Assembly (NCBI GenBank): GCA_051294905.1
Contig: CM119371.1
Coordinates: forward strand, 6,884,001 to 6,948,000
Direction: 5' to 3'
Source of the DNA: Botryllus schlosseri
Taxonomy: Eukaryota
DNA: 64,000 nt
The stretch's first letter is position 1. The number at the start of each line of letters is the position of its first letter. The notes below the pieces were generated by a model. The model was not told the origin of the DNA. It was given only the letters and a program-made list of their open reading frames with translations, and searched no databases. A program made the translations under genes and the position numbers. Of the stretch, positions 26,395 through 37,725 are shown one piece after another.

Positions 26395-27438
26395 GTATAT
26401 GGTGACAAAATTATGATACTGTTAAGCAGGCGCAGAATGCCAATTCTGTTCTGGACTCTGTTCAGTATGTGACACTGATTTCAGAGGAGTCGGAACTTTC
26501 GATATCCAGAGCCTGCAACCATTTTCTGATCGTTGTGTTTTAGTATTAGCGCAAATCAAAATAAATAACGCCGCTTGATTCTGTTCACAGCCACAGCCAG
26601 TATGTTTTTTTTATCCATTGCGTCCACGTTCGATGTCTTGGGCAAGTTGTCGTCACAATCACAGCAGACGCGACAGTTCCGGCCGGCGCGCCAGATATCA
26701 CATTTGGACACAGCAGAAGATGACAATCCCTGCATTTCGCGCCTATACAAAGTGACATGTTTGGTATAGAGGTCTCGGTCTTGTTGCCTTGTGACACGTC
26801 TTCTAACGACTCACGTTCGATAAATGTATAGCTGCTGATTTGCTCACGTGAGCATTACAAAATACATTGCTGATTTCTAAACCGAACATTTTGTCAGCTA
26901 GTCAGGCAGTTACATGCGTAACAAAATTCTGGGTTTACCTGAGTTTAGCGCCGATACATGATACAGCCGAATCCTCATGCTCTTAAAATCCACATCTCCC
27001 GGGATGTGGAAAAACAAACCCAGGTGTCTGCACCTTCACCACATATGTCAGATTCCAGGCTTCGAGAGTGTTTAGCACTGATTTTCACAACCACTTACAT
27101 AATTCAGCGGTTTTCGAAGAGAGCCAATTCTACTTATGGGTTGCTTGGAAAAGCATTACTTTTCATCATACTTGAGTGAAACCTGCTGAATCCGAATTTA
27201 CTGGAAATCGGTGAGCAATATTTATTGCATGATTTCTCTGTAAGCTCAGAATGAGTCAATACTGGACGTAGGTATAGGTATGGTGTAAAAATCTGGTGTG
27301 CTGATGTTACGGGGATAAAATAGTGATATGAATGTCCATGGGTTTTCCTACTGAAATTTGCAACGTTGCGGACAGAATGTTTGCTATACACACTAATTGC
27401 CAATTCTAGATATCTCACAGTATTTCAAGGCAACTCAC

Positions 27439-28814
27439 CATAAGTCGTCACGATCCCTCGAAATCTTGATATCACGATCTTGTCTTTTGACAGGCGACAA
27501 AACCTGAAAGAAAATCTTATAACTACACAGCCGTTAAAAATAGACTTGGACTATTTACGTCTCAAATGCAACTTGAATATGTAAAAGTGAACATTTGATC
27601 CGCCAATCATCTTGAACTTTATAGAGCAGAGGTCCTTGAACGCCGGTTCGCCAAGTACATTTAGAACTTTATTTGTATCAATTCGACAACACAAGAAGGT
27701 AAACCCTTGTTCATTATTGGAGAAATGCACACCAAAGGTGAAGTTGATTTGAAAGTTTGTAATGCATTTTCTGCATGGTGTCATAATAGGGAGTTCATGG
27801 TCTACTTTGGGCATACATAACAATGGTGCAACTGCTGTACAAAACTGTTTGAAAGTAGCCTCCAATTTCTGACAAGTTACACGTGAAAGCTACTGAGACT
27901 TTTAAACAAACTTCCTTGACTTCCGACAGTACAATTAATCACTTGTCAGTATAATAAAGACTGCACCAAATAGCAATGTCGCATTTCTTTTAGAGGATAC
28001 TGAACACTCACAATCAAGTTACTGGTATGTAACAGGAATTTGCGAGCTTCGACAACGGTCTCTACTAACGAATACAGAGGCTTGCATGAATGTCTGCTTC
28101 CAAATGAGATTCCAAGGAGAACATGAGACAGGGGCAAGGATAGCTAAAAGCCATACCCCAATTGTTCTAGTAACAGGCACGTAAGGTTCATTCAGTTCCT
28201 ACAAACTGGGATAATAACTTCAACGTAGCCTCAAATTGAAAACTGATATCATTATGTCAGTAATCAATTGTTAAATACTTGGGTAGGTTTGAATAGAATG
28301 TCGATTTACATCCTAATTGCGGATTGAAAATACGAAGCCAGATAAAACTTACCTTGAATGAAAATTGGTGAACTTGCTTGAAAGTTGCAACTTGTTTGAC
28401 TCTGATTGAAAGAAAATTCCTGCCTGTGATGATAAATAAACGATACTTCGCGATAGAAACGATTCAAAATTCGAACTTTGCAGTCACCAAATGTGTTGAG
28501 ACTTGTTGTTACAGATTGAAATAAGATCGTTCATCGGATCGCGGTTGAGTTGAGTATAAACACCCCACTATAGCCTTGATGGCAAATAATCAAATCCGAA
28601 ATCATTGATTTTGTAAAAAGATAAACTCAGAATTACGGTACTCACTTTTATCTCCCAGGTAGAATTTTCATAAATTGATGCATTACAGATTCCAACTGAT
28701 TGATAACGGTTGAGATTGTCATGCAAACTTCTTTTATCACCAAAGCCTTTTCCCATCGGACAACCAGACCATTAAATGATTCGTTATAAATTATGATCTT
28801 CTGATCGCAATTAA
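27439..28814 (-). pseudogene. Best-preserved run of exon-like blocks of a decayed spliced gene repeated in every spacer
   Basis: AG/GT-bounded blocks at 28646-28814 (169 nt), 28353-28423 (71 nt), 28157-28242 (86 nt) and 27439-27503 (65 nt). The same boundaries and sizes recur in other spacers. Product not recognised. Confidence 0.55.
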
Positions 28815-29160
28815 CTGTAACAAAATGAAGAATGGTCATGAAAAGTAAACTCAATGAATGTATAATTGAATTGTACATGCACCACAGGCTGTTTAAGCCT
28901 GGCTACTGTACCAGCAAAAGTGGTAGTCTATATAACAAGTTGCCGATAGTCGCCTCATATAAACAGAATCGAAATGGTTTATTTTGAGAATACATACAAA
29001 TTTGGTATCCTGATCATGGATAACGAAAAGCGAACGACTTTTTTCAATCAAGGTGTCCCCAAATTCGTCAAAAACAATCAATAGAAAGATTTTATTATGC
29101 AATAAAATATTGTTTATGCAAGATTCTCATAAAATAAGACGGGCATATGAACTTGTAACC

Positions 29161-29538
29161 CAGGGTTGTAATGACTCGAGTCAGGACTCGAATCGAGTCC
29201 GACTTGAGTCACCATATTTTGGTGACTCGACTTGACCATGGAGTCATTTTTTCAAATGCGCAAAATGACTCGACTCGAGTCAATTTTTGTATTGACTCGA
29301 CTTGTAGGCCTACTCGAACCAAGTCATATGACTTGAAACTAGGACGGCCAAGACAGACATTTCATTGTAACTTCGAAGAATAGTAAAAGTCACCACATGA
29401 TTGGTATTTCGTCTATTAGTTCTGATACTTGCGAAATGGGCTACAAACTGATTGTACCGAGGAAAATTACAATAGTATCATCATGAATGCGAACCATTCT
29501 ATTTCACTCGAGCAGAGTTGAAAGAAGTGGGTTGGACT
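29161..29538. mobile_element. Truncated GACTC-family MITE (segmental duplicate of 787-1146)
   Basis: Starts CAGGGTTGTAATGACTCGAGTC after the same ttgtaacc flank. End approximate. Confidence 0.75.
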
Positions 29539-30536
29539 CAAAAAACTGAACAGTAAACACAATGACTTTGAAGAGTGAATAGCTCGAAGCATATATCGCA
29601 TGCGGCTCAACTAGTATTGAGATAATTCTCGCTCATTTGAAATTTCCATGCATTGAGTCATTGTATGCTGTGGGTTATTTCATACCGAATTAGCGCAAGT
29701 GTGAAACTTGAACCGCCTGCAGTATGCAGTAGGTACGAACTCCTGATATTGGCCATATAACCATTGTGGCAACAGTTGTAGGCTACAAGTCGTCATAATC
29801 ATTGACCATGTCTATATTGAATAGGCCTAAGGAACTAAATATATGATTGGATGCATCGACTAAATCTACCGGCCAGATCATGCACTGTGGCACAATTAAT
29901 GAAAGTATATTACCACAAAATTACTGGTTACTATTGCTATTACATTCATCAAATGATACGAATTTACCAAAAAGCAGTTTACACTTATCAAATTACTGCC
30001 GCATTGAAATAAAAATGCACAATTTTCAATGCAATTATGATGGATATGGCTTGATGAATTGAAAATATCAAATGTGAGAAACTTTATATTCATTCATGTC
30101 AAAGCTGCAGACTTGTACTAACTACTAATTGAGTTACTTCGACGGTCAAGACTAGTTCTAATTACCGATTTTGAAAGCAAATAGTTGTAGTGTTGATATT
30201 AGTGTAAATACCAACAGCGGTACACTGGCACAGTAATTGGGTGGGTTGAAAACGGTACATTTCAAACTATTATTAAAATTCTTTTTAAACGCCGACTCTA
30301 TCCCGGATATTTTCACTTATCAGGCTCATTTACAATTCAGTAATTCACATTAGCAGTACTGCAGTTGCTTCAGAATTGAAACTACTAAGTTGTTTTTATT
30401 TGCCAGTTACGGATTTTTAAAGCATGTGAATTGTAATTCTAGTAGCCAGTTTTGAAAAGTGAGTGGTTCTAGTTCTAGGTTGAGTTGCATTTTGAAAATC
30501 CAGTAATTTGTACAAGTCTGCTCAGGTGAGTGTAAT

Positions 30537-33500
30537 CTATCTCTTTACAAATATGGATGTGTAAATTTCAAAACATTGATCCACTTTTGGTGTCACTATT
30601 GTCCATTTATCTTGTGATATATCATACTTTTCGATTGTATGAGAGGTTTCGTAATCTGTTACTGCAAAAATCCACTTGTCAATGTGATACACAGAAACCC
30701 AATCGTGACAAGCATTCATAGAAGATAAAGAAGTCCAGTGAGCTGAAGTAACATCGTAACATTCTACGTTGTTGACTTTCATTCCTGGTGTCCACCCGCC
30801 GATCACAAATATCTTTTGATCAACTGCAACAACACCACTCCCACATACACGATATCTCATTGGTTCGAGATCAACCCACTCTGATGAGGATGAAGTGAAT
30901 CTGCAGAATGATGAAACTATGACATCATCTTGTCCTCTACCTCCGATACAATAGATGGAATCATTCAACGATACGAGACTTCCATCATATATCGCTGTAG
31001 GTTTGTCTTTCAGTTGAAACCATTGATTCACAGGGGAAGTAAATATTTCCACATCACTCGTTGCTTTACTATAACTTCCTCCAACAACGAATATCGATCC
31101 TGACAAAAAAACTGAGCGAGGATTACTTCCATGATCACAAATCATATCTTTCACCCTTTCCCATTTTGAATTTTTGCTCTGAAAATTGAGTCGATGAACT
31201 GATTTATTCCAACATAAGACGTAGATGTACGAGTCCAGACAAATCGGTGAAAACTGTGTTAAATTCCTAAACTTTTCCTCGTGAAACTTCTCTAGTTTCT
31301 CAGTTACTGGATTGAAGGATCTGATACAATCTGCCTGATTGTCAAAGAGAATTATCAATTCATCTCTGCTGATTTCTTCGTTTGTTTTCTGTGATGCTTT
31401 TAACAGATGTCGAGTGATCAACTTGTACAGTCCGAAGTCGTTACTGATAATTTGGTTTGATTCCAAAAGACGTTTTAAAAATGCCGAAGAGACTTTATCA
31501 AACTTGATCGCTTCAAGACATTCGTGCAAATGTTCCTGATTTTTCCGATTTTTCTCGACCCAATTGAACAATAACGTTAGTTTTTCTTCTTCGCATAATT
31601 TTGATTGTTCCAACTTCACAAAATTCTGGATGTAAGTTTTTTCAATATTTCCAAATTCGGGCTGGTTTGAAATTTCCATGATATTTTCATGAAAAAATGT
31701 TCTACATTGCGTAGAGATGACATCCAGTCCATACATATCGGCGACATTTCTTGCAGAGAAGTAATTCTTTACATTAAGTGTTTCCTCCAAAATGTCAGAT
31801 ACTGCCTGTTTCACGTCTTCCAACTGCATCATGATTGCAACATGAAGAAGATCATTCATCTTTTCATCAGGAATCTCAAATTTGCCGGAATATATGAAAT
31901 CGATGCAGTTTTTCACACACTGAGAATCAACCTCTTTCAAAACGACTTTTCCTTCTCGACTCTCTTTAGTGTCGTTTTTCAACATGGCTTTGAAATAAGC
32001 AGAACCAGCCGACAATACATTTTTGTGAGAGCAATAGACATCATCGGGCATCCCTAAAAGACGGAGAAGCGGAGGCAGCGGAGACAGCGGAGGCAGCGGA
32101 GAATGGACCCTAAAACGCGGAAGCAACGGAGACGGCGGAGAGAGCCAAAAATGCCGATTCCTAAAAGACGGAGACAGCGGACCTAGCGGAGAGCGGAGAT
32201 TTCGGTCATTAACCTTTATAGACACGCGCGACATAGCGGACGGATACTGAAAGCGGAGTCCGGGACCCCGCGAAATGGACATAGCAGACGGTTATATAAT
32301 ATAGACAGCGGAGATCAGGGCGTATCGGAAGATATTTCGAAGCAGTGGAGAATAACGGAGAAGTCAGCCATGCAAGTTCAAGGCCAATTGGGCGACTGAT
32401 TGCCCATCGATGAGATGACATAGCGGGCGGTTATATAATACAAGGAAAGCGGAGTTCGGGGCGTATCGGAAGATGTTTCGAAGCAGTGGAGAATAACGGA
32501 GAAGTCAGCCATGCAAGTTCAAGGCCAATTGGGCGACTGATTGCCCATCGATGAGATGACATAGCGGGCGGTTATATAATACAAGGAAAGCGGAGTTCGG
32601 GGCGTATCGGAAGATGTTTCGAATCAGTGGAGAATAACGGAGAAGTTAGCCATGCAAGTTCAAGGCCAATTGGGCGACTGATTGCCCATCGATGAGATGA
32701 CATAGCGGGCGGTTATATAATACAAGGAAAGCGGAGTTCCGGGCGTATCGGAATATGTTTCGAAGCAGTGGAGAATAACGGAGAAGTCAGCCATGCTATT
32801 TCAAGGCCAATTTGGCGACTGATTGCCCGTCGATGAGATGACATAGCGGAGGGATACTGAAAGCGGAGTTCGGGCCCCCGCGAATTAGACATAGCGGACG
32901 GTTATATAATATAGAGAGCGAAGATCAGGGCGTATCGGAAGATGTTTCGAAGCAGTGGAGAATAACGGAGAAGTCAGCCATGCAAGTTCAAGGCCAATTG
33001 GGCGACTGATTGCCCATCGATGAGATGACATAGCGGAGGGATACTGAAAGCGGAGTTCGGGCCCCCGCGAAATAGACATAGCGGACGGTTATATAATATA
33101 GAGAGCGAAGATCAGGGCGTATCGGAAGATGTTTCGAAGCAGTGGAGAATAACGGAGAAGTCAGCCATGCAAGTTCAAGGCCAATTGGGCGACTGATTGC
33201 CCATCGATGAGATGACATAGCGGGCGGTTATATAATACAAGGAAAGCGGAGTTCAGGGCGTATCGGAAGATGTTTTGAAGCAGTGGAGAATAACGGAGAA
33301 GTCAGCCATGCGAGTTCAAGGCCAATTGGCGACTGCTGATTGCCCGTCGATGAGATGACACAGCGGGCGGTTATATGATACAAAGAAAGCGGAGTTCGGG
33401 GCGTATCGGAAGATGTTTCGAAGCAGTGGAGAATAACGGAGAAGTCAGCCATATGCAAGTTCAAGGCCAATTGGGCGACTGATTGCCCAATGCCCATCGA

Positions 33501-36016
33501 TGAGATGACATAGCGGGCGGTTATATAGTACAAAGAAAGCGGAGTTCGGGGCGTATCGGAAGATGTTTCGAAGCAGTGGAGAATAACGGAGAAGTCAGCC
33601 ATGCAAGTTCAAGGCCAATTGGGCGACTGATTGCCCATCGATGAGATGACATAGCGGGCGGTTATATAATACAAGGAAAGCGGAGTTCAGGGCGTATCGG
33701 AAGATGTTTTGAAGCAGTGGAGAATAACGGAGAAGTCAGCCATGCGAGTTCAAGGCCAATTGGCGACTGCTGATTGCCCGTCGATGAGATGACACAGCGG
33801 GCGGTTATATGATACAAAGAAAGCGGAGTTCGGGGCGTATCGGAAGATGTTTCGAAGCAGTGGAGAATAACGGAGAAGTCAGCCATATGCAAGTTCAAGG
33901 CCAATTGGGCGACTGATTGCCCAATGCCCATCGATGAGATGACATAGCGGGCGGTTATATAGTACAAAGAAAGCGGAGTTCGGGGCGTATCGGAAGATGT
34001 TTCGAAGCAGTGGAGAATAACGGAGAAGTCAGCCATGCAAGTTCAAGGCCAATTGGGCGACTGATTGCCCATCGATGAGATGACATAGCGGGCGGTTATA
34101 TAGTACAAAGAAAGCGGAGTTCGGGGCGTATCGGAAGATGTTTCGAAGCAGTGGAGAATAACGGAGAAGTCAGTCATGCTATTTCAAGGCCAATTTGGCG
34201 ACTGATTGCCCGTCGATGAGATGACATAGCGGACGGATACTGAAAGTAGAGTTCGGGGCGTAGCGGAAGATGTTAAGAAACAGCGGTGAAAAACGGAAAA
34301 GTCAACCATGCAATTTGGTGTATTTCAAAGTATTCGATAATATATAACCGGCACATATTTTTTTCGATTTGGGTTATTTCCGGTACTTACTGAAGTGGTA
34401 ATGTTTCGCAATTACTTCAACATCTACCTGAACAGTATTCTGGATGAAATTATTACATTTGCAATTCGGATTTTGTAAAGTAGAAAGTAGTTCAGTATAA
34501 TATTCGACAACTATCAACAGTTAAATTGTCATACGAAACGCGTCCGCTATGTCATCTCATCGATGGGCAAGCAATCACCGAAGTGGCCTGAAACTCGCAT
34601 GGCAGACTTCTCCGTTATTCTCTGCTGTTTCGAAATATATTTCGCTACGCCCCAAACTCCGCTTTCAGTATATTATAACGATATAACCGTCTGCTATGTC
34701 ATCTCATCGATGGGCAATCAGTCACCTTGAACTCGCATGGCTGACTTCTCCGCTATTCTCCACTGCTTCGAAACATCTTCCGATACGCCCTGATCTCCGC
34801 TTTCTATATTATATAACCGTCCGCTATGTCTATTTCGCGGGGCCCCGAACTCCGCTTTCAGTATCCGTCCGCTATGTCATCTCATCGACGGGCAATCAGT
34901 CGCCAAATTGGCCTTGAAATAGCATGGCTGACTTCTCCGTTATTCTCCACTGCTTCGAAACATCTTCCGATACGCCCCGAACTCCGCTTTCTTTGTACTA
35001 TATAATCGCCCGCTATGTCATCTCATCGACGGGCAATCAGTCGCCCAATTGGCCTTGAACTTGCATGGCTGACTTCTCCGTTATTCTCCACTGCTTCGAA
35101 ACATCTTCCGATACGCCCCGAACTCCGCTTTCCTTGTATTATATAACCGCCCGCTATGTCATCTCATCGATGGGCAATCAGTCGCCCAATTGGCCTTGAA
35201 CTTGCATGGCTGACTTCTCCGTTATTCTCCACTGCTTCGAAACATCTTCCGATACGCCCTGATCTCCGCTTTCTATATTATATAACCTTCCGCTATGTCT
35301 ATTTCGCGGGGCCCCGAACTCCGCTTTCAGTATCCGTCCGCTATGTCATCTCATCGAAGGGCAATCAGTCGCCTTGAACTCGCATGGCTGACTTCTCCGC
35401 TATTCTCCACTGCTTCGAAACATCTTCCGATACGCCATGATCTCCGCTTTCTATATTATATAACCGTCCGCTATGTCTATTTCGCGGGGCCCCGAACTCC
35501 GATTTCAGTATCCGTCCGCTATGTCATCTCATCGACGGGCAATCAGTCGCCCAATTGGCCTTGAACTTGCATGGCTGACTTCTCCGTTATTCTCCACTGC
35601 TTCGAAACATCTTCCGATACGCCCTGCTCTCCGCTTTCTATATTATATAACCGTCCGCTATGTCCATTTCGCGGGGTCCCGGACTCCGCTTTCAGTATCC
35701 GTCCGCTATGTCGCGCGTGTCTATAAAGGTTAATGACCGAAATCTCCGCTCTCCGCTAGGTCCGCTGTCTCCGTCTTTTAGGAATCGGCATTTTTGGCTC
35801 TCTCCGCCGTCTCCGTTGCTTCCGCGTTTTAGGGTCCGTTCTCCGCTGCCTCCGCTGTCTCCGCTGCCTCCGCTTCTCCGTCTTTTAGGGATGCCCGACA
35901 TCATCTCCTACTTGAATTATGAAATCACAATGATCGTTCTCCTGCTTCATTCGATGTAATTCTTCCATCATCTTCACTGAATGTTTCTCTACATTTGGAC
36001 ACACAATCTGCACCAT
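30537..36016 (-). pseudogene. BTB-BACK-Kelch copy 3, interrupted after codon 40 by a Foldback-type element; otherwise open
   Basis: Native ATG at 36016. 35897-36016 encodes MVQIVCPNVEKHSVKMMEELHRMKQENDHCDFIIQVGDDV. The rest (DDVYCSHKNVLSAG...FVKR*) is an open frame from 32045 down to 30537. Confidence 0.92.
32046..35896. mobile_element. Non-autonomous Foldback-type (MULE-like) DNA transposon, 3851 bp
   Basis: Termini GGGCATCCCTAAAAGACGG...CCGTCTTTTAGGGATGCCC. Perfect 9-bp TSD gacatcatc (32037-32045 and 35897-35905). Inverted arms at about 32046-34312 and 34541-35896 built of 141/187-bp tandem units, with a loop of about 230 bp. No transposase ORF. Confidence 0.93.
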
Positions 36017-36729
36017 GATTGTTGATCAACTACAGTATATAACTATCCTACGATTATTATAATATAGTCAAGCACTGTTATTGAAGTGAAGATGATTACA
36101 ACTCAAGTAGGCCTAATGCCTGTTGATTGTTGAAAGAATCCCAATACGTCTATCAACGTCACGAGTATGAATTGAAGCAAATTCAACTACACACAAGGTG
36201 ATCATGATTCATGATCACTGAACAGTCCTACAAAGATTGGTTTCAAAAGAGCAGCAACACGAAATATCACGCTGATTTCACTCCGTGTTTGGAAACGAAA
36301 TCAGCGAAGCATGTAGCTTGTCAGTGTCATCTAACGGATAATTAGTTATTGCATTTGCAGTGTAGCCGTTACCAATGATATATATTTATCATTGCGGTTA
36401 CTGACGGGTAAACCTTTTTCTATGAGTAATAGCTATTCATTTTAATAATATTTTCAACATTTTGAAACACCGCAATACTGCGACTAGGTGATGTAGAGAA
36501 GAGGCATGCACGCACATTGAATGAAAAGTACAGCACAGAATATAAAAGACAAGCTAGACAAGACAAGCTAATACAATCTTTGAAAATATACCCATCATCA
36601 TCATCATTGGTTTATTAGCAATTTTATCCGTCGTATACACCACAAAAAATGCGATACAATGAAAAGAAAGGAAGATGTCGAAGCGACTTGGAGTTGTCTA
36701 TGGGATCGGACACCCACCTCAGCCTAGGC

Positions 36730-37725
36730 CAGGGGTTCTCAGCCATTTCTTGGCCGTGGCCCATTTTCCGGTTTGAAAATGTGCTGTGGCCCACCTCTTA
36801 TCCTAGATTCATAATCCTGTTCAATGCATAGTTATCGACGGCGCCGATATCCTATTCCTCTAAAATATGCGCATTTTTCTCATAATTTACTGATGATATT
36901 TAAATATAGACCTGTAAGACCATGAAATCGCGTGAAGGGGAATAATATAATTATTCTGGGTCCGCTTCAAACAATTTATTGGTGAATGGGGTACTACAGA
37001 GAACTGGAGAAAGATATATTCAATATGCATGCTGTACAATGCACATTGTATGTCTTGTACCAAACCAACTGCAGTTGCGATGTCGGAATATTCAATCCAA
37101 TGATACAATCAATTCATGTCACTCTTACACTATGTACAATAATTTCCAGGGCGGGCATTTTGAACCGACTCCAAAGATTAATGCGCTCCGCTAAACCCAC
37201 AATCCATTACGATTTGTTATGGTGGTGCATATACCTCCACCAGAAGTTGCTAATAATTTTAAATTATGGCTATTTTTATCTCACAATAATACGACTTGCC
37301 AAAGTACAGTAAATCTATACCTCAATTACCCTTCATTCCGTGTTTATTCCACACCCCTTTCAACGGCATACGACATATGACCCTGCCGGCATACTTCAGA
37401 ATTACCTTCCAGTTATTATATAGGCTACTCGAAATTATTTCAATTGCTATTAGCCATAGGTTGACATAGCCATTGGAAAGAGCCGCCGTTTCTCCCTCCT
37501 GTTTTCGACTTGAACATGCTGACTCCATACGCGCCACAACGTCTCATCAGAGTCGGATGAAAAGCTTTACGTAGCCTACGTATAATCATTCGATAATATG
37601 AATATACTTTTAGCGATTAATATAACAAATATAACTAAACTTACATTACCATAATTCTAAAATTTTATAAATAGCTTTGTGGCCCACCTCAAATGCTCCT
37701 GTGGCCCGCCCTTTGAGAACCCCTG
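36730..37725. mobile_element. Non-autonomous hAT (Buster-type) element
   Basis: TIR CAGGGGTTCTCA / TGAGAACCCCTG. Flanks gcctaggc / gcctagca (6/8 match). Subterminal GTGGCCC motifs. Confidence 0.75.

Noticed and set aside
32282..35733. CRISPR array, or genes in the repeated ORFs (MSSHRWAISRPIGLELAW..., MADFSVILHCF...)
   Set aside because: Units are contiguous 141/187-bp tandem repeats without unique spacers, arranged as inverted arms, with no cas genes. The ORFs are translations of the satellite.
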